A stretch of DNA of 33,271 nucleotides, taken from assembly GCA_964367475.1 (NCBI GenBank), contig CAYIXQ010000003.1, positions 8,811 to 42,081 on the forward strand. Direction: 5' to 3'. The stretch is from an uncultured Candidatus Saccharibacteria bacterium (lineage in GTDB: Bacteria > Patescibacteriota > Minisyncoccia > 2-02-FULL-40-12 > IGHO2-01-FULL-4-A). Under the pieces are notes generated by a model. It saw only the letters and a program-made list of their open reading frames with translations. It did no database searches and was not told the DNA's origin. Positions within the stretch are counted from its first letter, which is position 1; the number at the start of each line of letters is the position of its first letter. Shown one piece after another: positions 1 through 9,659 of the stretch. The position numbers were made by a program, and so were the translations under genes.

Positions 1-91
1 AGAGATAATTGATCAGCCCGCGTTTGATGCCTGTATGAATGAGGCGCGTAACACCTGCCTCACCCAGTGCTCTAACCCATTTTCGCAATGA
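1..91 (+). CDS. 3' end of an upstream gene (partial), Cys-rich C-terminus
   Basis: Frame 2 is open from the window edge: EIIDQPAFDACMNEARNTCLTQCSNPFSQ*, TGA at 89-91, 25 nt before the next ATG (117). Confidence 0.5.
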   Translation, partial: EIIDQPAFDACMNEARNTCLTQCSNPFSQ

Positions 92-116
92 TGAAATTAT
101 CTGCCGTTTGTTTTTC

Positions 117-2207
117 ATGATTAACCCCCTAATTAAAATTAAACGATACTCTAAAATGGCGGCTTTTGTTGTATTGTTGTTGGTTTTTCCAACTCACTCA
201 GCTTTAGCAGATGTCGTTGATGAAATCACTATCTTAACCTTCTTATCTACCGCCCTGAGTTTCTTTTCTTGGATGTTGGGTTTGATGGCCGCTATTTTTG
301 ATTTCTTTGTTAATGGATTCTTTCTGCCGCCACAAGTCGAGGCTACCTGGGCGCTTATTAGAAATTTTATAAATATGTTCTTTATCTTGATCATGATCGT
401 CATGGCTTTCGGCACTATATTTGAAATCGAAAAATACTCTTGGCGACAAATGTTGTTGCGATTGATTGTTATCGCCTTATTCGTAAATTTCAGTTTTGCC
501 ATCGGTGTTTATTTGGTAGATATCTCAAACTCCCTAATAAACTTGTTCATAAAACCCATTGGCTCAATCACTGGTACGCTCGGACAGGGTTTTGGTCTTG
601 GTAAATTAAGCAGTTCCGGCATAATTAGCGAAACCGCTTTAAATTTTTTCAAAGCCATTTTTACAACTAATAAAATAGGGGCGATTGTTACCGCTATTTT
701 CAGTCTTATATTTGTATCTGTGGCTTTTTTCGCTTTGACTTATGCGGCCATTTTCGCTGTGGTTAGGATTCCGATGATTTGGTTTTTGTTGGTAGTTTCT
801 CCCGCCGCTTGGGTAGGATCAATCTTGCCCAACCTGCGAGCGAAAACTTGGAGTAAATGGTGGAAAGAATTTATTGGTTGGACATTTTTTTTGCCCGTTT
901 ATATTCTAATACTCGCCTTTGGGGCAATCTTTATTAATTCAAAGGGGACAATAAACTCATATATTGCAACCACTAATACAGCCAGTCAATACGGCAGCAC
1001 TTTATCGTTTCTTTTCAATCTATTTAGTTTAGGTGACATATTTTACTATACAATCACTCTAATTATTGTGGTGGGTGGGCTCCAGATTGCCAAAGAAATT
1101 AGTTTTCTCGCCGGCACCCAAGCCGTGGCCATGTTTGATAAAATCGAGAGCAAAGTTAATTCGGCCGCCAAAGCGACCGGTCGCTACGGGGCAAGGGTGA
1201 CGGGATTGAGTGCCTTGCAAAAAGGCGCAAAATCTACACTCGAGCGAATTAAGGAGGAGGGACTGCCAGCTGAAAGATTTGGTGCTTTACGCTATATGTA
1301 TAGGGGCGAGCAAGCTGAAAGGCAGCGCACGGCGGGGATGGGAGAAAGGCTGCAAACTGCGCTTGGTTATAGACCCGACCTGGCTGGCCAAAAAGAATTC
1401 TTGAATCGAGCTAATAAAGAATACGAAAATATCAAACAACAATATGATCTTGGTAGAATTAATATAGCTGGCATCAGAACGGGAGTAAGTCGGTTTAATG
1501 CTAATACGACACAAGGATTTGCCTATAGAAAAATGCTTGGAGAAGTTGGCCAACTTGATCAAGCGACCGCCCATGATACCATTAGATCCCTTGAAAGAAA
1601 TCCTTATGCGGCAGTTAATTTCATAAAAAATTCCAGTAGCAAGGGTAGGTTGTCTGCTTTATCCCCGGCTGAGATCGGGGCTATGGCATCCGCCGAAAGG
1701 TATACAACGCCTACTGGTATTGTTAGAGATTACAGTGACCTGAGAACAAATATCGGTGCTCGCAAAGAGTTATTCAGACATATTCAAGGAGACGCTCGGG
1801 TAGCTTCAGGATTAACCGGTCCCCAATTTGATCAGGCAATGACACTGTTTGGCGGAAGGACAACGGCCGAAGGCTCAAATTTCCTAAAAGAAGTAGGGAA
1901 AGTCAGACCGGACTTGGTTGCTGATTACAATGTTGTCTACCCACCAGATCCAACTAGGATATTAACACGACTTCAGTATATCGAGAGTTTAATAACATCC
2001 GCCAAGGATATTGCCAACATACCTTATGCTGTCACTGGTCGTAACATCTGGGCAATTGATCTCGATTTTCGGGCGGCTTTGCAGAACTTACTTCGCAGAG
2101 GAACTTTCCGCCGTAGGAGCCAGTTTAGGGCAAATCTTGAAGATGCAATAACTGAAACCGGCCGTGATGTGGCCCTGAAACTGGCTGTTGTGGCTGCGCT
2201 TGCGTAA
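117..2207 (+). CDS. TrbL/VirB6-like polytopic membrane protein with long soluble C-terminal domain
   Basis: Signal-like N-terminus (..HSALA), about 7-8 hydrophobic segments, W-x-x-x-R-N-F-I-N and LFVNFS motifs, WSKWW, upstream of PrgI/VirB4. Start moved from 39 to ATG 117 to avoid overlapping the upstream frame. Confidence 0.7.
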   Translation: MINPLIKIKRYSKMAAFVVLLLVFPTHSALADVVDEITILTFLSTALSFFSWMLGLMAAIFDFFVNGFFLPPQVEATWALIRNFINMFFILIMIVMAFGTIFEIEKYSWRQMLLRLIVIALFVNFSFAIGVYLVDISNSLINLFIKPIGSITGTLGQGFGLGKLSSSGIISETALNFFKAIFTTNKIGAIVTAIFSLIFVSVAFFALTYAAIFAVVRIPMIWFLLVVSPAAWVGSILPNLRAKTWSKWWKEFIGWTFFLPVYILILAFGAIFINSKGTINSYIATTNTASQYGSTLSFLFNLFSLGDIFYYTITLIIVVGGLQIAKEISFLAGTQAVAMFDKIESKVNSAAKATGRYGARVTGLSALQKGAKSTLERIKEEGLPAERFGALRYMYRGEQAERQRTAGMGERLQTALGYRPDLAGQKEFLNRANKEYENIKQQYDLGRINIAGIRTGVSRFNANTTQGFAYRKMLGEVGQLDQATAHDTIRSLERNPYAAVNFIKNSSSKGRLSALSPAEIGAMASAERYTTPTGIVRDYSDLRTNIGARKELFRHIQGDARVASGLTGPQFDQAMTLFGGRTTAEGSNFLKEVGKVRPDLVADYNVVYPPDPTRILTRLQYIESLITSAKDIANIPYAVTGRNIWAIDLDFRAALQNLLRRGTFRRRSQFRANLEDAITETGRDVALKLAVVAALA

Positions 2208-2212
2208 ATAAA

Positions 2213-2743
2213 ATGAATGAACAAAACATAAATTCTCAGATTATAATTTCAGAAGAAGATTATCTTTTTACTCCGTATAACATTGGTTTAGAAAATTTTG
2301 ATTCTGCGGCTTTTAGTTCTTATGTATCAAAAATCCTTACGCTTCCTAAACCGGTCATAAAACTTGTGATGAGTTACCCGACGGCTGAATATTTATACAA
2401 ACTATCACTGAAATATTCGCTAAATATTAATCAGCGTAACGATCTAACTCGCATATTAAGAGATCTACTCTTAGACAGTCTGCATAGTCAAGATTTAATA
2501 TCACAACTTTCTGTCAAACTTGCAATTGGCCAGGACACAACTGAAAGAATTGTTTCTGATATTGCGCGAGAACTACTAGCGCCAATAAAAAATTGGATTA
2601 GTGTCGAATCGTTCCTGCCTCTACGCTTTCCATCGGAAAATCGGGTTGAACATGAGCAAAAAGTCGTACCTGAAAAGAAAGAAACTCAATCACTCCACGA
2701 ACAAAACATTTCCAACGTTGTTGATCTGCGGGAGACAAAATAA
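2213..2743 (+). CDS. Hypothetical helical protein
   Basis: 176-aa ORF 5 nt after the previous stop; ends NVVDLR, a tail I recall from CPR hypotheticals in this locus. Confidence 0.7.
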   Translation: MNEQNINSQIIISEEDYLFTPYNIGLENFDSAAFSSYVSKILTLPKPVIKLVMSYPTAEYLYKLSLKYSLNINQRNDLTRILRDLLLDSLHSQDLISQLSVKLAIGQDTTERIVSDIARELLAPIKNWISVESFLPLRFPSENRVEHEQKVVPEKKETQSLHEQNISNVVDLRETK

Positions 2744-2763
2744 AAAAAGGCTGGTTTGCCCTT

Positions 2764-3162
2764 TTATTTAAAAAATTGCTTAAACGTGTGCTCGTTGTAT
2801 CTTTCTTTTTCTTTGCTGGCTTTTCTTTCTTTTTCCTCCGTTCTACGAGTTTCTGCCAAGTTCAAGGACTCGAAATAGTTCCCTAGGTAATTGAATTCTT
2901 CCTGGTTGGAGGCCAAAGAGTATTCTCGGCTCATAATTATGGACCAATCGTACCATTTTCTCAAAAGCTTTGCCACGAGTTTATATACCGTAGTGTCACC
3001 TTGCCTCTCTTCCCTAAATTCGACTTTTACCTCTCCTTCAGAACTGTTTTTTACAAACTCGACAAAATTGTAGTCGCGGTTGATGTTACCAGCTAGTCTT
3101 TTGGTTCCGACTTGGGCGTCTTGAACCCACCGCACCATCTTTGCTAGTTCCGGATCCAGCAT
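2764..3162 (-). CDS. Hypothetical protein, tandem paralog A
   Basis: 132 aa; strong SD (AAGGAGG) upstream; shares motifs with the neighbouring ORF. Confidence 0.75.
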   Translation of the reverse strand: MLDPELAKMVRWVQDAQVGTKRLAGNINRDYNFVEFVKNSSEGEVKVEFREERQGDTTVYKLVAKLLRKWYDWSIIMSREYSLASNQEEFNYLGNYFESLNLAETRRTEEKERKASKEKERYNEHTFKQFFK

Positions 3163-3173
3163 AAGTTCCCTCC

Positions 3174-3566
3174 TTAATCAAATTCACCCTTTAAGAATTT
3201 CCTTAGATTCTCCTCGGCTTCTTTCCTGCCTCTTTCTCTTTGCGCCCTGGAGAATGCTGTATCGTTAGCTATTTTTTGCCTTGTGATATGTTCGAAATAG
3301 GAATCAAAATACTGAAATTCTTCCCGGTCTTCTTCACAGTAAATTCTGGAAAAGATCAAATTCACGGCTCCTCCAAACCACACGCAAACCAAAAAGCGTG
3401 GCTTGGGAAATAATGTTTTCTCAATAACAGCATACAGTCTTCCCTTGCTAGTTTCCTTCTCGAATTTAACACTCCCCTTATCCATGTTTGGGTACTCCGG
3501 ATAGAAGGAAACAACCCGCATCTGACGTATTCTCAACAAAACTTGCCTTAACTCTTCCGAAAACAT
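3174..3566 (-). CDS. Hypothetical protein, tandem paralog B
   Basis: Start reassigned to ATG 3566 (MFSEELRQ), preceded by AAAGGAG; gives 130 aa, matching paralog A in length. Confidence 0.7.
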   Translation of the reverse strand: MFSEELRQVLLRIRQMRVVSFYPEYPNMDKGSVKFEKETSKGRLYAVIEKTLFPKPRFLVCVWFGGAVNLIFSRIYCEEDREEFQYFDSYFEHITRQKIANDTAFSRAQRERGRKEAEENLRKFLKGEFD

Positions 3567-3630
3567 ATTAACACCACTCCTTTCGGCTTTTCTGTTATAA
3601 TTTAATTGTGGAAGATCCGAGGCTGTTATA

Positions 3631-3659
3631 TTGATAACAGATTCTTTAGTTTTAGTCAA
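3631..3659 (-). promoter_or_regulatory. Putative sigma70 promoter for the paralog pair
   Basis: TTGACT-N17-TATCAA with TG upstream of the -10; the ORF track's TTG start at 3659 is this -35 box. Confidence 0.4.
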
Positions 3660-3669
3660 ATGAGACGTT

Positions 3670-4008
3670 ATGCGTTTTCAGGTACCACAATTCATTGAAA
3701 CCGAAAGTAAAATTATCGGCCCGCTCACCATCAAGCAGTTCATGTACTTGGCGGCCGGGGGAATTTTAGTTTTTGTTCTGCGCTATGTATTTTACAACCT
3801 TTTTTACTGGTTATTGGCCAGCGCGCCAATCGTTTTTTTAGCCGTCGCCTTGGCATTTTACCGAATTGACGGCATTCCCTTGCCCCGCTACATGATGCTG
3901 GCGGTATATTTCCTGACCGGTCCCAAAAAATATATTTTTAAAAAAGGCGGGGGCATCAATGGCTCTGAGCCCATTCTTCCGGGAGAAAACATCAACCATG
4001 GCAACTAA
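3670..4008 (+). CDS. prgI: PrgI family protein (VirB3-like)
   Basis: MRFQVPQFIETESKIIGPLTIKQF signature plus two TM helices. Confidence 0.9.
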   Translation: MRFQVPQFIETESKIIGPLTIKQFMYLAAGGILVFVLRYVFYNLFYWLLASAPIVFLAVALAFYRIDGIPLPRYMMLAVYFLTGPKKYIFKKGGGINGSEPILPGENINHGN

Positions 4009-4642
4009 CAAACCGGTCAAAGAATCAACCACCAAGGAATTCGTGGAAATAGCCAGCATCCGGGGATCTGTTTTAATTTTGAAAAATGGCTCGTTGCGGT
4101 CCATCGTCAGGGTCAGTTCCATGAACTTTGAACTGAAATCAAATGATGAGCAAATTGCCATTATCCGCGGATTTCAAAATTTTCTCAACTCAATCGATTT
4201 TCCTCTACAAATTACGGTTAGTTCCCGGAAACTTGATATTAATCCCTATTTAAAATCGCTGGATGAGCTGATGGAAAAACAGTCCAATGAATTGTTGCGT
4301 ATTCAGTTGGCCGAGTATTCCCGCTTTGTGCGCGGCCTAACCGAGCTGGGCGACATCATGGCCAAAACCTTCTATATTGCCGTTCCTTTTTATGTCGTCG
4401 AAGACACGAAAGGTCGGACTGGCCCGTTGGATACCTTTAAAAGTATTTTTTCGCCATCGACTTTTGTAAAAACCATCAGCGAAGAGGATCTTGAAAATTA
4501 TCGCCTTCAGATTAATCAAAGAATAGATATTATCGTTGAGGGTCTAAGCGGCATGGGACTGGAAACAAAAACCCTAGCCGAAGATGAACTAATTAACTTG
4601 TTTTATCAGTTCTATAATCCGGGCCACACTTTCAGCTCGTAA
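3998..4642 (+). CDS. TraC/VirB4 N-terminal-like accessory protein
   Basis: NFELKSxxEQ..FQNFLNSIDFPLQI and LFYQFYNP motifs; lies between PrgI and VirB4; likely start ATG 3998. Confidence 0.75.
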   Translation: MATNKPVKESTTKEFVEIASIRGSVLILKNGSLRSIVRVSSMNFELKSNDEQIAIIRGFQNFLNSIDFPLQITVSSRKLDINPYLKSLDELMEKQSNELLRIQLAEYSRFVRGLTELGDIMAKTFYIAVPFYVVEDTKGRTGPLDTFKSIFSPSTFVKTISEEDLENYRLQINQRIDIIVEGLSGMGLETKTLAEDELINLFYQFYNPGHTFSS

Positions 4643-4652
4643 TTTCATAATT

Positions 4653-6434
4653 ATGCCACTATTTGGAAAAAAAACTGAAACCCTGGCCTCTAGTCAGCCA
4701 GAGAATCTCAAACTCATTGATGATATTTTGGCGCCTTCGGCGGTTAATGTGGCTGCTAACTACATCCAGATCGGCGAGAAATTTGCCCGGACTCTGTTTG
4801 TGGCTACTTATCCAAGATACTTAAACACCAATTGGTTTTCACCGATTATCAATTTGGAGAAACCCATGGATGTCGCTATCTACGTTCACCCGGAAGACAC
4901 GGGAGAAATTTTGAAACGTCTCCGTGATAAGCTTGGCCATTTCGAAGCCCAAATCATGGAGGATAATGCGGCCGGCAAAGTGAGGGATCCGATTCTAGAA
5001 ACTGCCATCAATGATATTGAAGAGTTGAGGGATAAACTCCAGCAGGGAACTGATAAATTTTTCGAGTTGGGGGTATATATGACTATTTATGGGGATTCAG
5101 TCAAGGAACTGGATGAAACCGAAAACAAGATCAAGGCCATTCTAGATGCCCAGCTGATTTATACTAAGGAAACCACTTTCCGCATGAAAGAGGGGATTTT
5201 TTCAACCCTACCCCTCAATGACGACCAGTTAAATGTACACACCTCGCTTAATACGGAACCTATTTCTTCGCTTTTTCCATTTGTCTCTTACGATCTAACT
5301 TCGGACAACGGGATTCTTTATGGTATTAATACCCATAACAATTCATTAGTGCTTTTTGATAGGTTTAGTTTAGAGAATGCAAACCAAGTTGTGTTCGGAA
5401 AAAGCGGTTCCGGAAAATCTTACAGCGTTAAGCTTGACATCTTACGAAGTTTAATGTTCGGCATGCAAATATTTATCGTTGATCCTGAAAACGAGTATAA
5501 ATTTCTTTCTGATACTGTGGGTGGGACAGCGGTAAAAATTTCTATTTCTTCCGACGATCACGTGAATCCATTTGATTTGCCGCGGCCATTGCCGGATGAG
5601 AATCCAGCCGATGTGCTGCGCTCCCACATTCTTAATCTTTCTGGCCTGCTTAAGCTCATGTTGGGATCACTGACGCCGGAAGAAGATGCCATTCTGGACG
5701 AGGCCATTACTCAAACTTACGCTATTAAAGACATCACGCCAAATTCGGATTTCAAGAATACGGCGGCACCTTTGATGTCCGACCTGCAAAAAGTACTTGA
5801 AGGCATGACTGGCACCCAATCGCTGGTTACCCGTCTAAAAAAATATACCGAGGGAAGTTTTGCCGGTTTTCTGAATAGTCCCACCAATATTCCGTTGGAC
5901 AATCAGTTAGTGACCTTCAGCATTAGAGACATGGAGGAAGAGCTCCGTCCCATTGCCATGTATTTGGTCCTAAATTATATCTGGACTCAAATCAGGGCTG
6001 AGCTAAAAAAACGCCTCCTCATCGTGGATGAGGCGTGGTGGTTGCTGAAATATGATGTCGGCGGTCAATTCCTACTGAACGTGGCCAAGCGGGCGCGCAA
6101 GTATTTCCTAGGTCTGACAACCATTTCTCAAGATATTCCGGACTTTATGAATTCGCCTTATGGTAAGCCGATTGTCACTAACTCTTCGCTTCAACTTTTG
6201 CTTAAGCAGTCGCCTGCTTCAATTGAATTGGTGAAACAGACTTTCAATTTGACCGACGCGGAAAAATATTTTTTGCTGGAGTCGCGGGTGGGGCACGGCT
6301 TGTTTTTCGCCGGCCAGAACCACGTCGCTCTGCGCGTGGTAGCCTCTTACGCCGAAGATCAAACTATTACCTCTGATCCGCGGCAAATCCTTGAAATCGA
6401 AGAAGCTAAAAAAGAGCTTGCCCAAACACCATAA
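4653..6434 (+). CDS. virB4: VirB4-like type IV secretion ATPase
   Basis: Walker A GKSGSGKS, IVDPENEY, Walker B LLIVDEAW, RARKY and ISQD motifs. Confidence 0.92.
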   Translation: MPLFGKKTETLASSQPENLKLIDDILAPSAVNVAANYIQIGEKFARTLFVATYPRYLNTNWFSPIINLEKPMDVAIYVHPEDTGEILKRLRDKLGHFEAQIMEDNAAGKVRDPILETAINDIEELRDKLQQGTDKFFELGVYMTIYGDSVKELDETENKIKAILDAQLIYTKETTFRMKEGIFSTLPLNDDQLNVHTSLNTEPISSLFPFVSYDLTSDNGILYGINTHNNSLVLFDRFSLENANQVVFGKSGSGKSYSVKLDILRSLMFGMQIFIVDPENEYKFLSDTVGGTAVKISISSDDHVNPFDLPRPLPDENPADVLRSHILNLSGLLKLMLGSLTPEEDAILDEAITQTYAIKDITPNSDFKNTAAPLMSDLQKVLEGMTGTQSLVTRLKKYTEGSFAGFLNSPTNIPLDNQLVTFSIRDMEEELRPIAMYLVLNYIWTQIRAELKKRLLIVDEAWWLLKYDVGGQFLLNVAKRARKYFLGLTTISQDIPDFMNSPYGKPIVTNSSLQLLLKQSPASIELVKQTFNLTDAEKYFLLESRVGHGLFFAGQNHVALRVVASYAEDQTITSDPRQILEIEEAKKELAQTP

Positions 6435-6460
6435 AAACGCAGATTAATTAAGTTCATAGT

Positions 6461-7165
6461 ATGGATTTGACGCCCGCGGAACAGCAGAATCAGTATGACC
6501 TTGCCGTAGCTCGTGCCCAACAGCGAGAGTTTTATGATGTTAAGGCTCGGGCTAGCGTGGTCAGGCCACCCTCCAAGCCAAAATACGCCTTCTTATTTTT
6601 AGTGGCCTTGATTGGCGACCTGGTTGATTGGTTATCATTAACCGGAATTGGCCTAATTGTAACATACTTAGTTGATATATTTGTAGGCGTCGTATTGCTG
6701 TTGGCTGGTGTGCGGGCAAATTCAAAGTTAAAGGCGATAAAAAAATTTCAAGATGAAATTTCCCAGAATCTCGCTCATATTGAAAGGAGGCTTGTTTTTT
6801 ATGCCCAAAATTACCGCCGGGCGCTGGTGGCCTCCAGAAAAGTTAAGGTTTTAAGGCGTCCGGTCAGACAAATTGCCCTGAAAATCTCTAAATTAATAAA
6901 GTCTGTTGGCAGAAACCCGGCTATGAAAAATATGGCAGCGATCGTGGCAGATTTATTTCCCTTTCTAGAGTTAGTCCCCTGGCGGACATTAAGCATCTAT
7001 TTGACCTACCGCGATGAGAGCAAAACTTATGAAGAATCTTTGCCTTTTATTGAAGAATACGCTCTCGCTAAAAACGAAGAGTTAACGGCCTCTCAAGAAT
7101 ACCGCCAGACCATGGCTGAAGAATTCGCGCCTGAAGACAAAACAGACCCGTCCTTGTCCACCTAG
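6461..7165 (+). CDS. Hypothetical membrane protein
   Basis: 234 aa with two N-terminal TM segments and a hydrophobic ADLFPFLELVPW segment; same strand as virB4. Confidence 0.7.
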   Translation: MDLTPAEQQNQYDLAVARAQQREFYDVKARASVVRPPSKPKYAFLFLVALIGDLVDWLSLTGIGLIVTYLVDIFVGVVLLLAGVRANSKLKAIKKFQDEISQNLAHIERRLVFYAQNYRRALVASRKVKVLRRPVRQIALKISKLIKSVGRNPAMKNMAAIVADLFPFLELVPWRTLSIYLTYRDESKTYEESLPFIEEYALAKNEELTASQEYRQTMAEEFAPEDKTDPSLST

Positions 7166-7170
7166 ACAAA

Positions 7171-8256
7171 ATGAAAGCGATTAAATATTTTGTCCTGGTA
7201 GTTCCCGCTTTCACAATTATAATTCTTTTTCTCAACTTTCTCTCGACGGGATTTGGTTTTTCAATTATCCCGGGAAGGTCAACGATTATTGGCCATTCAA
7301 TTATTGAACGTTTTAACGTTGTGGAAGAAAGGCGGAACCCGCCCCAGGAACCAGTAAAGCTTTCCAATGATAGGGTATTTTTTCCTATCTTTGATTCGGC
7401 GAGGAAAAGTGTTTTTTATTATGAGCCGGGGACTGGGTTTATTAAATCAGTTGCCCTATCGAACATTAACGGCGATTTTGTGGCCCCGGTCATGGTGGCG
7501 GAGATTAAACCCCGTCTTGAGGAAATCAGGTGGCTATCGTCCGGTAAAAGTCTAATTGCTATGGCGGGGGATGTTAGTTATTATTACGACTTGTCAGGCA
7601 ATTATGTTCGCCGTCTGAACAAACCGCTATTCGATTCCACTCTTTCCGTCAGGGATTATAGGGTAGCATTTTTGGATTATGATGAAATGGTTGGGAAGGG
7701 TTATATTTCGGTATATTTACCGGCCGATGATTTAGTTAAGAAAATATTGCCTACTCGTTCCCAAAATTGGGAAGTGGCCTGGGCAAGCCAAGACAGTTTA
7801 AGCTTGATTAATTGGCCCGGGTCACGCCCCTCGGAAAATTACCTTTTTATTTTAAATGTTAACGATGGCAGTCTGCGGAAATTACTCGAAGGACGTAGTG
7901 GACTTGAGGTGGTATGGTCACCATTGGGCACGGCTTTCATTTTCTCGGAGACGGATCGGTTGGGCAATGTTCAGCTTAGTTTTTTTGACGTGAATTCGGC
8001 AACCGAAAAACGTATTGGTGATAACCTCCATGCCTCCAGTTGTATCTGGGACAATAAATCTCGGGGTATTTTTTGTTTTGACGAAAAGTTCTTGGTTTAT
8101 ATTAATATCGGGCCGGACAAACAAAAAACCATCATTCGTCAGGTTGATGCGGCGTTGATCGACACGGGATCGCTGTTTTTAACCGGCGATGAAAAATATT
8201 TAATATACAAAAGTCGAGCCGATTCTAAGCTGTATGGCCTCTGGTTAGATTGGTGA
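7171..8256 (+). CDS. Membrane-anchored beta-propeller (TolB-like) protein
   Basis: N-terminal anchor; repeated W-S/D-x-x-G blade motifs (WLSSGK, WSPLGT, WDNKSR, LTGDEKYLIY). Confidence 0.7.
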   Translation: MKAIKYFVLVVPAFTIIILFLNFLSTGFGFSIIPGRSTIIGHSIIERFNVVEERRNPPQEPVKLSNDRVFFPIFDSARKSVFYYEPGTGFIKSVALSNINGDFVAPVMVAEIKPRLEEIRWLSSGKSLIAMAGDVSYYYDLSGNYVRRLNKPLFDSTLSVRDYRVAFLDYDEMVGKGYISVYLPADDLVKKILPTRSQNWEVAWASQDSLSLINWPGSRPSENYLFILNVNDGSLRKLLEGRSGLEVVWSPLGTAFIFSETDRLGNVQLSFFDVNSATEKRIGDNLHASSCIWDNKSRGIFCFDEKFLVYINIGPDKQKTIIRQVDAALIDTGSLFLTGDEKYLIYKSRADSKLYGLWLDW

Positions 8257-8268
8257 TTGTTTGGTTCT

Positions 8269-9657
8269 CTAAACCTCGCGCAGATTCTCGGTTTTTATAC
8301 CGCCCAACAGATAGAGAACAGGGAAATAGATCAATGAGGCCAAGGTGGCCCAAATAAATGAAAAGTGTAAAGGATGCACCATGGCCACGGTGATGATCGC
8401 TGCCAGTAACGACTTCAGGAAAACCCTACTTCCAAACATCACCCCGGTCTCTTTTTTAATTAACCAAAACAGTAAGATTGTAACTAGTAGTTCTGTAACC
8501 ACTGTTGTTCCGGCCGCAGCATAATATGAGTACTTTGGGATAAAAAAAATATTGGCCCCGATATTGAAAATGGCACCGACAAAATATATCCACATGCCTT
8601 TTTTTTGGAGGTCAAGAGCGATCAAAGCATTACCGCCCAGATTGCCAAAAAAAATCAAAAATATTGCCACGCTTAAAATGCGAAGGATGGAAATTGACTG
8701 AACAAACTGCGCGCCCCCGATCAGATTAATGATATCGGCGGCGCGGAGATATATGAAAACCATGGTAGGAACGGCAAAAATCGATAATACGTCAAAGCTT
8801 TTTTTAAAAATAACTTTAAAACTCTTACGATCATCGAGGGCGTGTCTGGACATCAGGGGCATCACCAGTCCGAGGTAGATGGCCGGAAAAAAAATAATAG
8901 TTTCGAGTACCTTGTATGCCGCCGAGTAGACGCCCACATCATAGGCCGGTCTCAACAAAGAGAGGAGTACTGTATCTAGCTTAAAGTACAGTAGGACAAA
9001 GACCAGGGAAACCGCCACCGGCAATGTGGTCGTTGCTATCTTGCGCCAATAAATAATATCGAAAGATAGCCCTACTCTTACCAATCTTCGGGAGAACCAG
9101 AAAATTAAAAGAAAATGAACAATTTCAGAAAAGACGACCGCCCATATGAAAAAACTTAAACTATTACCGTTTCGTACGGCCCAAAACACCAGACCAAGTT
9201 GCACGCCACGGGCCGCTACATCCGCTAGGGAAACGTAATATAATTTTAAGTGTTTCTGAAAAATACCCGTCAGCAACTGAACCAAAGAAGAGAATATCGA
9301 AAAAATTGAAGCCACTAAAATTCCGAGCTTTACCTCAATGGGATAATTGAGAAACAGGGCGGTCAAATTGCCGATAACCAGAAATAGTAAAAGGGCAAAA
9401 AGTCGCAGGCTTAGAACATTGCTCACGATCAGCTTTTCATCGGCATCGCGTCTGGATACCTCTCTCACAAGAATTGAGTATAGGCCAAGGTCGGCCAGAG
9501 TTGTAAAAATAAACAAATAGGCAAAGATCAGACTGTAGTGACCATAGCCTTCCGGTCCGAGAGCCCGCGTTAACAAACCAACAATAATTAAACTGATCCC
9601 GCCAAGAATTAGGCGGGAGAGAGCGGCAACGCCAAAATTAGAAGAGATGGTGGTCAA
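8269..9657 (-). CDS. Wzx/MOP-family oligosaccharide flippase
   Basis: About 12-14 TM helices; LTRALGPEGYGHY, ADLGL, DTVLLS..VGVYSAAYK motifs. Confidence 0.88.
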   Translation of the reverse strand: MTTISSNFGVAALSRLILGGISLIIVGLLTRALGPEGYGHYSLIFAYLFIFTTLADLGLYSILVREVSRRDADEKLIVSNVLSLRLFALLLFLVIGNLTALFLNYPIEVKLGILVASIFSIFSSLVQLLTGIFQKHLKLYYVSLADVAARGVQLGLVFWAVRNGNSLSFFIWAVVFSEIVHFLLIFWFSRRLVRVGLSFDIIYWRKIATTTLPVAVSLVFVLLYFKLDTVLLSLLRPAYDVGVYSAAYKVLETIIFFPAIYLGLVMPLMSRHALDDRKSFKVIFKKSFDVLSIFAVPTMVFIYLRAADIINLIGGAQFVQSISILRILSVAIFLIFFGNLGGNALIALDLQKKGMWIYFVGAIFNIGANIFFIPKYSYYAAAGTTVVTELLVTILLFWLIKKETGVMFGSRVFLKSLLAAIITVAMVHPLHFSFIWATLASLIYFPVLYLLGGIKTENLREV

Positions 9658-9659
9658 GT

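Noticed and set aside
3567-3659. N-terminal 31 aa of the 161-aa ORF
   Set aside because: The SD-led ATG 3566 and the paralog length fit better; the region looks like a promoter and leader.
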